From: an uncultured Desulfatitalea sp.
GTDB taxonomy: Bacteria > Desulfobacterota > Desulfobacteria > Desulfobacterales > Desulfosarcinaceae
Length of the DNA: 64,000 nt
Reading direction: 5' to 3'
NCBI GenBank assembly: GCA_963668675.2
Contig: CAXXMB010000001.1
Coordinates: forward strand, 416,001-480,000
Shown here: piece by piece, positions 1 to 9,081 of the stretch
How the letters are laid out: each line of letters begins with the position of its first letter
Position numbering within the stretch: position 1 is the first letter of the stretch
Notes under the pieces: model-generated
What the model was told of the DNA's origin: nothing
What the model saw: only the letters and a program-made list of their open reading frames with translations
Databases searched by the model: none
Position numbers and translations under genes: made by a program

Positions 1-2
1 AG

Positions 3-1250
3 GAAGAATACAACGACAACATCTTCCTCACACCGGACAACGAAGAGGACGATTATATCACTTCGGCTGGGCTAGGTATTTTCGCCCAAATCAACGGTCG
101 CACTGCCGGATTGGAGCTCAACTACATGCCGACATACAACGCCTTCGCCGAAAACTCGGATTTGGATTACTGGCGGCACGAAGCGCGGGTACGCTACTGG
201 CACAATCTGGCACGGCATACAACGCTTACTCTCACCGATGATTTTTTACAAACAAGCGATCCCACCGATGCCGCTGCAGATATGGACCCGACGGATCCCA
301 GCGTCGCCCCACCAATCGAAACAGATCGTGACCGACGTGGGCGCAACGAATATCGCACCAATGTGGCCGAAGCTCGCCTGGAACATCAGTTTGGTTCCAG
401 TGACAACGTCTATCTGTCTTTTCAGCATTTTTTCCTGGAAGAAGTAGACCCTTCCGAAGTCTCCGGAGTGCTCGTGGATGACTACAACGAACTGCGGCCA
501 TCTGCCGGCCTGGAATACTGGTTTACATCCCACTACGCCTTCGAGTTGGAGGGGTATTATTCAAATCTCGACTACGAAGATCAGAACGACCTTGAAGAGT
601 TCTATGGTCTCGCTCGGATCCTGCACGCGTTCAGCCGCACCGTGCGTGGATTTGTCGAATATCGTCAAACGGAAGTCAACTATGATCGTGACTTCGACCC
701 CAACGCCGATCCGGATTATAATGTCTACCAACCAGCGATTGGCGTGCGTTATCAGTTCCAGGATACGGGGCGATTTACTGCATCCGCGGGGTACCTCTGG
801 CAGGACGTGGAAGGCAGTGATGAAGAAGATGTCGATCAAATTGTAGTCAACTCCGAACTTTACAAACGATGGAACTTCCGCTCATCGTTCCTCGATCTGA
901 TTGGTGCGAGCGGTTATGATATCTCCGGACGCGGCGCCGGCGCCGATCTTGGCCTGGACATCTACTACTCCGGGCGAATTGCCTTGGGATATAACTTCAC
1001 ATCCCGGTTTTCTGCGGATTGTTACGGATCGTATCGCTACGACAAATATCCCAACACGGTCAACGATCGAGTGGATCAAGTCGTCGACTCTGGAGCCGCC
1101 ATGCACTATAGGATTCTGCAATGGATGAACATCGATTTGAACTATCGGTATCGCGATTTTATTTCGGACGATGAATTTACCGAATACACGGAGAACCGCG
1201 TGTGGCTGACCATTACCATGGAACCTGCCACACCGTTCCGATTGAATTGA
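3..1250 (+). CDS. Outer-membrane beta-barrel protein of EPS export (PEP-CTERM system-associated), 5' end outside window
   Basis: Frame is open from base 3 (EEYNDNIFLTPDNEEDDYIT...). Alternating Tyr/Phe-rich beta-strands; C-terminal YTENRVWLTIT strand typical of this family; directly upstream of the DUF3473 deacetylase. Confidence 0.75.
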   Translation, partial: EEYNDNIFLTPDNEEDDYITSAGLGIFAQINGRTAGLELNYMPTYNAFAENSDLDYWRHEARVRYWHNLARHTTLTLTDDFLQTSDPTDAAADMDPTDPSVAPPIETDRDRRGRNEYRTNVAEARLEHQFGSSDNVYLSFQHFFLEEVDPSEVSGVLVDDYNELRPSAGLEYWFTSHYAFELEGYYSNLDYEDQNDLEEFYGLARILHAFSRTVRGFVEYRQTEVNYDRDFDPNADPDYNVYQPAIGVRYQFQDTGRFTASAGYLWQDVEGSDEEDVDQIVVNSELYKRWNFRSSFLDLIGASGYDISGRGAGADLGLDIYYSGRIALGYNFTSRFSADCYGSYRYDKYPNTVNDRVDQVVDSGAAMHYRILQWMNIDLNYRYRDFISDDEFTEYTENRVWLTITMEPATPFRLN

Positions 1251-1259
1251 AACAGGGAG

Positions 1260-2162
1260 ATGAACTTCGAAAAGCGTATTTTGCCTCGACACGTTAAAAA
1301 GACCATTCTCATCACAGTCGACGTTGAAGACTGGTATCAGGTAGAAAATCTGAGACCCTGGTTTCCACCGGATAGCTGGGATTCGGTGACATCGCGGGTA
1401 GAGCAGAACACACACCGGCTGCTGGATCTGCTCGACGCTTATGATCATAAGATAAGTGCCACTTTCTTTGTGCTCGGGTGGGTGGCGTTGCGTTACCCGG
1501 CACTCGTCAGGGAAATTGCGCAACGCGGTCATGAGGTCGCATCACACGGATTTGGGCATATGCTCAATAACCGAATGAAAAAAGATGATCTTATCGACGA
1601 CCTCCAGCGAAGTAAAAAAATGCTCGAAGACTTGACCGGACAACTGGTTGAAGGATATCGAGCACCCAGCTTTTCCGTGGATGACGACATCCTCAAGCTC
1701 ATAAGGGAATGCGGATACCGCTATGATTCGAGTTACAATTCATTCGAACGTCATGGGCGCTACGGAACCATCTCAACCGATGAGGCCATACAAAACGGCA
1801 TTGCCCTTCAAATGGCAGGCGGCATCGAAGAACTGCCTGTCAGCAATCTTTCTCTGGCCGGGCAGACGATCCCGTGGGGGGGGGGCGGCTATTTCCGGTT
1901 TTTCCCGCCAAGGATATTTGCGGCAGGGGTGAAACGCATTTTGGAGAGAGGAAACGCCTACCTTTTCTATCTTCATCCTTGGGAGATCGACCCCGATCAA
2001 CCCAGGGTCCCTGAAGCACGTGGATTATCAGGTTGGCGCCACTACTTGAACCTCGATAAAACGCTACCGCGCCTGGCCAACTTCTTCGAACGCTTTCGAT
2101 ACTGCGAATACCGCACCTGCAGCAGTTACCTGAAACAACTTGATGTGACACGAATACGTTAA
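1260..2162 (+). CDS. Polysaccharide deacetylase family protein (XrtA-system/DUF3473 type)
   Basis: Motifs TVDVEDWYQ, ATFFVLGWVA, HEVASHG, GYRAPSFS, GGGGYFR, FYLHPWEIDPDQP. Confidence 0.9.
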   Translation: MNFEKRILPRHVKKTILITVDVEDWYQVENLRPWFPPDSWDSVTSRVEQNTHRLLDLLDAYDHKISATFFVLGWVALRYPALVREIAQRGHEVASHGFGHMLNNRMKKDDLIDDLQRSKKMLEDLTGQLVEGYRAPSFSVDDDILKLIRECGYRYDSSYNSFERHGRYGTISTDEAIQNGIALQMAGGIEELPVSNLSLAGQTIPWGGGGYFRFFPPRIFAAGVKRILERGNAYLFYLHPWEIDPDQPRVPEARGLSGWRHYLNLDKTLPRLANFFERFRYCEYRTCSSYLKQLDVTRIR

Positions 2163-2177
2163 TCGGGAGATGTTACC

Positions 2178-3521
2178 ATGAATGTCTGTATTGTTGGAAC
2201 GGGATATGTCGGGCTCGTCGCCGCCGCCTGTCTGGCGGAAATGGGAAACGATGTGTGCTGTATCGATGTCAACCCGGACATCGTAGATGCTTTGAAGACC
2301 GGCCGTATTCATATCTATGAACCGGGCCTTGGGCCTCTAGTCGAACGCAACCTGGCCGAAGGTCGCTTAAAGTTCAGCACAGACCTCGCGGAAGGCCTCG
2401 AAGATGCGCTGTTTGTTTTCAACTGCGTCGGCACACCGGCTATGGCAGACGGCTCATGCGACCTGTCGTTTGTAGAAAAAGTGGCCCAGGGAATCGGGCA
2501 GAACATGACCGACTATAAAATCATCATCAACAAATCCACCGTTCCCGTCGGAACCGCCGATCGGGTGAAAGTGCTGATCAAAACCGAACTGGAACGCCGT
2601 GATCTTCAAATCGAATTCGATGTCGTCTCCAATCCTGAATTTCTAAAGGAGGGCGATGCCGTCAATGATTTCATGAAACCCGACCGGGTGATCGTCGGCA
2701 CGGACAACGTCCGAACGGCCAAGCTGCTGGAGACGCTCTACGCACCCTTTGCCCGCAGCCGTGACAAGATGATCGTGATGAGCATCCGCAGCGCCGAGCT
2801 CACCAAGTATGCGGCCAACTGCATGCTGGCGACGAAGATATCGTTCATCAATGAAGTGGCCAACATCTGTGAAAAAGTGGGGGCCGACATCAAGGATGTG
2901 CGCATGGGCATCGGTTCGGACCGACGCATCGGCTACTCTTTCATCTATCCTGGGGTCGGATACGGTGGCTCCTGCTTTCCTAAAGATGTCAAAGCCCTGA
3001 TGGAAACCGCCCGTGATAATAGCTACAGCGCAGAGCTTATTGCCGCCGTAGATGCCGTCAACACGCGGCAGAAATCGATCGTGGCCCGCAAGGTTCAGGC
3101 TTACTTCGAACCCCAGGGCGGCGTACGGGGCAAAACCCTGGCCGTATGGGGGATCTCTTTTAAAGCCAATACCGATGACATTCGCGAATCGGCAGCCATC
3201 GAAACCATCGACCTGCTGTCCCAAGCGGGAATGAGAGTCGCTGCCTACGATCCCCAGGCCGGCGCCAATGCGCAGAAGCAGCTGCGCGACAATCCCATGG
3301 TCACGATCGCCGAAGACCAATACGAACCTTTAGAAGGTGCTGATGCACTCGCGGTGCTAACTGATTGGAATCAATTCCGTAATCCGGACTTTGCGAGGAT
3401 CAAGAAGCTGCTCAACACACCGATCATTTTCGATGGGCGCAACCTGTACTCCTCCAACTTTTTGGCCAGCCAGGGATTCGCCTATTTTGGTATCGGCCGC
3501 CCCGAAATCAAATCGCTGTAA
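2178..3521 (+). CDS. ugd: UDP-glucose 6-dehydrogenase
   Basis: GTGYVG Rossmann motif, KSTVPVGT, SNPEFLKEG, GYGGSCFPKD (catalytic Cys), FDGRN. Confidence 0.93.
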   Translation: MNVCIVGTGYVGLVAAACLAEMGNDVCCIDVNPDIVDALKTGRIHIYEPGLGPLVERNLAEGRLKFSTDLAEGLEDALFVFNCVGTPAMADGSCDLSFVEKVAQGIGQNMTDYKIIINKSTVPVGTADRVKVLIKTELERRDLQIEFDVVSNPEFLKEGDAVNDFMKPDRVIVGTDNVRTAKLLETLYAPFARSRDKMIVMSIRSAELTKYAANCMLATKISFINEVANICEKVGADIKDVRMGIGSDRRIGYSFIYPGVGYGGSCFPKDVKALMETARDNSYSAELIAAVDAVNTRQKSIVARKVQAYFEPQGGVRGKTLAVWGISFKANTDDIRESAAIETIDLLSQAGMRVAAYDPQAGANAQKQLRDNPMVTIAEDQYEPLEGADALAVLTDWNQFRNPDFARIKKLLNTPIIFDGRNLYSSNFLASQGFAYFGIGRPEIKSL

Positions 3522-3540
3522 TTATAAGCAGAGGCACTAC

Positions 3541-4530
3541 ATGATGAAAACACCTTTTTCGAAAGATGCCCTTGTATTGGATCCCGAACAAGAGGTCGAT
3601 AAAATCACCGAGCAGATGCGTACCCTCCTCACGCGGCAATTGAAACGGCGAGGTCTCGTTGTGGCGTTGTCCGGTGGGATTGACAGCAGCGTCACGCTGG
3701 GGCTGGCAGCACGGGCCTTGGGCCCCGAGCGGGTATTCGCCCTTTTGATGCCGGAGCGTCACTCGTCCGATGACACCCTGATGCTCAGTGCTGCAGTGGC
3801 CGACGCCTTCAATGTCGAAAGTGCCCATGAGGACATTTCGGCTGTTTTGGAGGCGGTGGGGTTTTACCGGCGCTACGATGATGCCGTTCGCAAGGCGATT
3901 CCGGCTTACGGCGAAGGCTGGAAATCCAAGATCGTCATTCCCAGCGTTATTGACAACAAAGGGTTCAACCTCTTTTCTATCGTTGCTGAGAGTCCTGAAG
4001 GAGAGACGGTCAAACAGCGCTTGCCCCTCAGCGCCTATCTGGAAATTGTTGCAGCCACCAATTTCAAACAGCGCACACGCAAAATGCTCGAATATTATCA
4101 TGCCGACCGACTCAATTTTGCCGTGACCGGCACGCCCAACCGCCTGGAATACGACCAGGGATTTTTCGTCAAGTTGGGCGACGGCGCCGCCGACATCAAA
4201 CCCATCGCCCACCTGTATAAAACGCAGGTCTATCAGTTGGCCGAATTCCTCGGTGTCCCGGAACAGGTTCGCAGACGCCCGCCGACCACCGACACCTACT
4301 CTCTTGCCCAGGGGCAAGACGAGTTCTATTTCTCCTTGCCTTACGACAAGATGGACCTCTGTTTGTATGGTAAAAACAATGGTTATTCACCTGCTGAGGT
4401 GGCGGAGGTGATTGGTCTGTCTGCCGATCAGACACAAAGGGTTTACGACGATATCGATAGGAAGAGAAGCACGACCCGATACCTTCATCTCCCTCCCCAG
4501 CTGATTGACCCGGTGGAGGAGATCAAATGA
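3541..4530 (+). CDS. nadE: NH3-dependent NAD+ synthetase-like (NadE family) amidoligase
   Basis: LSGGIDSS PP-loop and TPNRLEYDQGFFVKLGDG, PIAHLYKTQV motifs. ATG at 3541 after GAGG preferred over the TTG at 3391, which overlaps ugd. Confidence 0.8.
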   Translation: MMKTPFSKDALVLDPEQEVDKITEQMRTLLTRQLKRRGLVVALSGGIDSSVTLGLAARALGPERVFALLMPERHSSDDTLMLSAAVADAFNVESAHEDISAVLEAVGFYRRYDDAVRKAIPAYGEGWKSKIVIPSVIDNKGFNLFSIVAESPEGETVKQRLPLSAYLEIVAATNFKQRTRKMLEYYHADRLNFAVTGTPNRLEYDQGFFVKLGDGAADIKPIAHLYKTQVYQLAEFLGVPEQVRRRPPTTDTYSLAQGQDEFYFSLPYDKMDLCLYGKNNGYSPAEVAEVIGLSADQTQRVYDDIDRKRSTTRYLHLPPQLIDPVEEIK

Positions 4531-4614
4531 CGTCAGGATGCAGACACCCCCTTTCGCATAGCTTCTAATCTGGAATTGAATCTGTATAGAGACACTATTT
4601 GAGGAGAACGTTAA

Positions 4615-4863
4615 ATGAGCGATAACACTACCCGAATCAAAACATTCATTGTCGAAAACTTTCTGTTCGGCAACGACGATGGCCTTGACAACGATACCTC
4701 CTTCCTGGATGAGGGCATCATCGACTCGACCGGTGTGCTCGAATTGGTCACCTACCTGGAAGAGACGTTCGGCATCAGCGTGGACGACGAAGAGTTGGTG
4801 CCGGAGAATCTGGACTCCATCACCAATATCGCCAACTACCTGGACAGAAAGATCGCCGCCTGA
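4615..4863 (+). CDS. Acyl/peptidyl carrier protein
   Basis: 82 aa, acidic; GIIDSTGVLELV phosphopantetheine Ser motif; GAGGAG RBS. Confidence 0.92.
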   Translation: MSDNTTRIKTFIVENFLFGNDDGLDNDTSFLDEGIIDSTGVLELVTYLEETFGISVDDEELVPENLDSITNIANYLDRKIAA

Positions 4864-6458
4864 TGGATACCCCCTCGCTTGTCCACCATATGCTTGAAAA
4901 CAGCGCCGGCCGTCGGCCGGACAAGATAGCCGTCATCCAGGACGATCGACGGACAACCTACGAAGAGCTCAACCGCCAGGCCGAAGGGGTCGCCGCTTTC
5001 CTGATCGGACAAAAAGTGCGGCGGGGAGACAGGGTTGTTCTGCTCAGTGAAAACAGCATCGAATACATTGCCGGCTACTATGGCATCTTGAAAGCGGGGG
5101 CCGTTGCGGTCCCGCTGAGCAGCGACCTGAAACCCGCCGGCCTGTCCGCATTGCTCAAAGAAGTCGGACCGGTCGCCATCATCGCCGCCGGCCGTTTCGA
5201 ACGCCTGCTGCGCGCTGTAAATTGGAACGGCATCCCAACCCGGTTTCTGGTTATCGTTCAGCCCAAAATGAAACTGGAACAAATGCCCATGCAAACCCAT
5301 GCATGGTGCCAACTGGTCGATCAGAAAGCTCATCAAGGAAATGCAGTTCGAATAGAAAAGGAAGATCTGGCCAGCATCATTTACACATCAGGAAGTACCG
5401 GTCGGCCCAAAGGGGTGATGCTGACCCATCGGAACATTGCAGCCAACACTTTTTCGATCTGCGAGTATCTGGCACTGACATCCGAAGATATACAAATGGT
5501 TGTACTGCCATTCTTCTATGTGATGGGCAAGTCTCTGCTGAATACCCACATCGCCGCCGGCGGGACGGTTGTGATCAACAACAAATTCGCTTTTCCGGCC
5601 GACGTTCTCAACCAGATGAAAAGAGAAAGCGTGACCGGCTTCGCAGGTGTTCCCTCGACTTATGCCTATTTGCTGCACCGTTCTCCTCTTCGCAGTATGC
5701 GCAACGAACTGCCCGCGCTGCGCTATTGCACACAGGCCGGCGGTCATATGCCCAGAAAGCTTAAACAAGAGCTGCTAACCGTTTTACCCGAGCATACCCA
5801 ACTGATCATCATGTACGGGGCAACCGAAGCCTCAGCCCGGCTGGCTTATGTACCACCCGACAGGCTAAGAGACAAAATCGATTCCATCGGCATCCCGATC
5901 CCCGGCGTGGAATTGATGGTCACCGATGAGCATGGCAATCCGGTGCCCAACTGCCAACAAGGTGAACTGTTGGCCGGTGGCGACAACATCATGAAAGGCT
6001 ACTGGCAATCGCTTCAAGATACTCAGGCTGTCATAACCAACGGCATGTATCGCACCGGGGATCTTGGTTATTGCGATGAGGATGGGTTCTACTTTGTGGT
6101 GGGGCGCAAGGATGGCTTGGTCAAAGTCGGCGGACATCGGATCAATCCCCAGGAGGTGGAAGACGCATTAATCGAAACAGGGTTGCTCATCGAAGCCACA
6201 GTATTAGGCATCGACGACCCCCTAATGGGGAAACGACTCGTCGCCCTGGCCGTAGCAAAGGAGACCGGATTAGAAGATCAACAAATTCTCGAAGGCTGCA
6301 CCGCCCTGCTGCCGCGCTACAAGGTACCCAGCGAAGTCAAACTCACCAGGTCACTGCCCAAAAACAGCAATGGGAAGATAGACAAAGAGAAATGCTTACA
6401 AATGGTGCAGCAAATAACTGCAACTGGCCAAAAAGCAAAAGCGGCGGCAACATCATAA
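4863..6458 (+). CDS. AMP-forming acyl-CoA/acyl-ACP ligase (class I adenylate-forming)
   Basis: YTSGSTGRPKG, YGATE, YRTGD, PKNSNGKID motifs; coupled to the ACP gene (TGATG overlap). Confidence 0.9.
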   Translation: MDTPSLVHHMLENSAGRRPDKIAVIQDDRRTTYEELNRQAEGVAAFLIGQKVRRGDRVVLLSENSIEYIAGYYGILKAGAVAVPLSSDLKPAGLSALLKEVGPVAIIAAGRFERLLRAVNWNGIPTRFLVIVQPKMKLEQMPMQTHAWCQLVDQKAHQGNAVRIEKEDLASIIYTSGSTGRPKGVMLTHRNIAANTFSICEYLALTSEDIQMVVLPFFYVMGKSLLNTHIAAGGTVVINNKFAFPADVLNQMKRESVTGFAGVPSTYAYLLHRSPLRSMRNELPALRYCTQAGGHMPRKLKQELLTVLPEHTQLIIMYGATEASARLAYVPPDRLRDKIDSIGIPIPGVELMVTDEHGNPVPNCQQGELLAGGDNIMKGYWQSLQDTQAVITNGMYRTGDLGYCDEDGFYFVVGRKDGLVKVGGHRINPQEVEDALIETGLLIEATVLGIDDPLMGKRLVALAVAKETGLEDQQILEGCTALLPRYKVPSEVKLTRSLPKNSNGKIDKEKCLQMVQQITATGQKAKAAATS

Positions 6459-6493
6459 AGATTTTCCTATTTAATCATGGATATGATGAATTC

Positions 6494-6580
6494 GAATACC
6501 TTAAAAAAAAAGAAATCCGAAATCCGAATATCGAAATCCGAAACAAATTCGAAATTCGAATAAATAAATGTCCGAAACAT
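6494..6580. repeat. Heptamer (AAATCCG/AATTCGA) tandem-repeat element, left arm of repeat family C
   Basis: gaatacct...gaaatccgaaatccgaatatcgaaatccgaaacaaattcgaaattcgaat; the same motif recurs in many intergenic regions. Confidence 0.75.
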
Positions 6581-6631
6581 TTGGTTAAAGAGATAGTATT
6601 ACCTACTTCAAATAAAGGAAGCAGACCGCAC

Positions 6632-6757
6632 TATTAACCTGGCAATTAATTACCTTAGCAATCGTCATTCCAGCAGAGGCCTTAATCCAGACCGTTCCTT
6701 GATCCCGGATCAAGTCCGGGATGACAAAAGTTGGCCTATTTAATTGCCGGTTTAATA
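6632..6757. repeat. Short terminal-inverted-repeat element (family E) enclosing a GTCATYCC palindrome pair
   Basis: tattaacctggcaattaatta ... tatttaattgccggtttaata; related copies at 60721 and 61777. Confidence 0.8.
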
Positions 6758-6778
6758 ACAAAACGGGAAGTCTCAACT

Positions 6779-7897
6779 ATGACAAAAGGTTCTCTCCAAA
6801 TCCACTTGATAGCAGCGGCAAGACCCAATTTCATGAAGATTGCCCCTCTTTTCCACGAATTAAAGAAGCGCTCCTGGGCCCAACCTGCCATCGTCCACAC
6901 TGGGCAGCATTACGATTTGAACATGTCCGACGCTTTTTTTACAGACCTCAATCTGCCTGAGCCGGATATCCACCTCGGGGTGGGTAGCGGAACTCATGCT
7001 GAGCAGACTGGAAACGTCATGATCGCTTATGAACGTGTGCTGGTCGAGTCTAAACCGGACCTTGCGATCGTGGTCGGGGATGTCAACTCTACCTTGGCGG
7101 CAACCGTGGCGTCAGTGAAGCTGGGCATTCCCGTGGCGCATCTCGAAGCCGGTCTGCGATCGTTCGACAGAACCATGCCCGAAGAGATTAATCGTATCCT
7201 CACCGATTCCGTCGCCGATATTTTATGGACCCCATCACCGGACGGGGATCACAATCTGTTAAAAGAAGGTGTCGCAGGCGAAAAGATTGAGCGCGTTGGC
7301 AACATCATGATCGATTCCCTTGAAATGCTTCGCCAGAAGATCGAGGACAACGGCGCTTATCGCGAGCTTGGGCTGACCCCCGGTACATACGGTATTGTGA
7401 CCCTGCACCGACCGGCCAACGTAGACAGCAAGGACAGCCTTGAAAGAATCTGTCGGATTCTTAGCCGCATCAGCCTTGAAACGCCCCTCGTCTTCCCAGT
7501 TCATCCCCGAACCAGGGCCCGGTTGGAAGAGTTTGGACTCGCAGAAGCGCTCACATCGGAGCCGAACATCAATGTCGCAGCTCCCCAAAGCTATATCCGA
7601 TTCATGAATATGGTGTTCAACTGTCGCATTGCCATTACCGATTCGGGAGGCATCCAAGAAGAAACCTCCTATATGGGTATTCCCTGTTTGACCGTCCGAC
7701 CCAACACGGAGCGTCCGATAACAGTCACCCAAGGTACCAACCGCCTTACTTCCATAGCGGATATGGAAGCCACGGCCAAGGAGATTCTTAACGGCCAGAG
7801 CGAATCGGTCCGGAAGGCAACTCCTATTGAACTCTGGGACGGGAAAACGGCTGTTAGGGTGGCAGACGCCATTTACAAACGCTTTTTGACCAATTAA
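6779..7897 (+). CDS. wecB: UDP-N-acetylglucosamine 2-epimerase (non-hydrolysing)
   Basis: ARPNFMK, HTGQHYD, GDVNST, HLEAGLRS, PEEINR, TDSGGIQEE; ATG at 6779 just after the repeat. Confidence 0.93.
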   Translation: MTKGSLQIHLIAAARPNFMKIAPLFHELKKRSWAQPAIVHTGQHYDLNMSDAFFTDLNLPEPDIHLGVGSGTHAEQTGNVMIAYERVLVESKPDLAIVVGDVNSTLAATVASVKLGIPVAHLEAGLRSFDRTMPEEINRILTDSVADILWTPSPDGDHNLLKEGVAGEKIERVGNIMIDSLEMLRQKIEDNGAYRELGLTPGTYGIVTLHRPANVDSKDSLERICRILSRISLETPLVFPVHPRTRARLEEFGLAEALTSEPNINVAAPQSYIRFMNMVFNCRIAITDSGGIQEETSYMGIPCLTVRPNTERPITVTQGTNRLTSIADMEATAKEILNGQSESVRKATPIELWDGKTAVRVADAIYKRFLTN

Positions 7898-7932
7898 GGA
7901 AAGGTAAGAAAAACAATACAACACACACATTA

Positions 7933-9069
7933 ATAGAAAAGCTCGAACGTTCCGAATATGACACGTGGGAGAAGTATGTAAAACAGAATCCCCGTGCCAC
8001 CTTCGCCCATCTTCCCGGCGTCTCGCAGGCTTTTGAAAATGCCTATGGCGTAAAGACCGTCACTCTGGCTGCCTATCGAACCAGTGGGCCTGCGAGCGAC
8101 CGCCAAACCCAAGGCCTACATGCCGCGAAAAATATCGTCGGCATCCTGCCATTGGTCCACCTCAAAAACTTCCTGTTCGGAAATGAACTGGTATCAATGC
8201 CGTATCTCGATACCGGCGGTATCATCGCCGACGATCATGAGGCCCATCACGCACTCGAACAGGAAGCCGTCCAATTTGCCGCCGTCAGAAATATTCCCAA
8301 AGTAGAATTCAGGCAGTCCGATGAGAGATTAGCAGGCACTTCTCAAGCAGATGGAGAGCGGCCTCCAGCATATCCGGGCCAGCCTGCACTGCAAGGATTT
8401 GAAGTCCAGACACTGCGACATAAAGTACGCATGATTCTCGAACTGCCCGAGTCCGCTGAAGCGCTGATGCAGTCCCTCAAATCAAAGCGCCGCAGTCAGA
8501 TACGTAAACCGATGCGTGACGGCCTTACTGTACAGGTGGGGGGGCAGGAGCTGTTGGACGACTTCTACGACATTTTTTGCGTCAACATGCGCGATCTTGG
8601 CTCGCCGGTACATTCGAAGTCGTTCTTCAGGGAGATGCTCCAATCTCTGCCCGGGCAGATGCACATCCTGTTGGCCCGCAATCAAGAAACCCCGCTCGCC
8701 GCATCCGTCGTCATTGGTTTCGGTGACTGTCTCTACAACCCATGGGCTTCTTCACTGAAAGCATATAAAAAACTCAACGCGAACATGCTGCTTTATTGGC
8801 ATATGCTGGAGTTTGGTTGCCAACATCACTTCAAGTATTTCGATTTCGGGAGATCCACACCCAATGAGGGGACTTACAACTTCAAATCACAGTGGGGAGC
8901 CACCCCTCACCCTCTCGAATGGACGGTGTATACGCGCGACCCGGCTTCCCCTGTTGAGGCAGGGGGAGACAAAGAGAAGTTCTCAGCCATCATCGAATGC
9001 TGGAAAAGACTCCCGGTGGGGATCACTCGCTGGCTTGGACCGAAAATCCGTAAACACATCAGCCTTTAA
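7933..9069 (+). CDS. FemAB-like/GNAT protein (XrtA-system type); true start uncertain
   Basis: In-frame family-like N-terminus (WEKYVKQNPRATFAH...AYG...IVGILPL) lies upstream of the TTG at 8152. Also SMPYLDTGG, NMRDLGSP, FDFGRS, FKSQWG. 7933 is an in-frame ATA used as a placeholder start. Confidence 0.8.
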   Translation: MEKLERSEYDTWEKYVKQNPRATFAHLPGVSQAFENAYGVKTVTLAAYRTSGPASDRQTQGLHAAKNIVGILPLVHLKNFLFGNELVSMPYLDTGGIIADDHEAHHALEQEAVQFAAVRNIPKVEFRQSDERLAGTSQADGERPPAYPGQPALQGFEVQTLRHKVRMILELPESAEALMQSLKSKRRSQIRKPMRDGLTVQVGGQELLDDFYDIFCVNMRDLGSPVHSKSFFREMLQSLPGQMHILLARNQETPLAASVVIGFGDCLYNPWASSLKAYKKLNANMLLYWHMLEFGCQHHFKYFDFGRSTPNEGTYNFKSQWGATPHPLEWTVYTRDPASPVEAGGDKEKFSAIIECWKRLPVGITRWLGPKIRKHISL

Positions 9070-9081
9070 ATAGAATTGACA

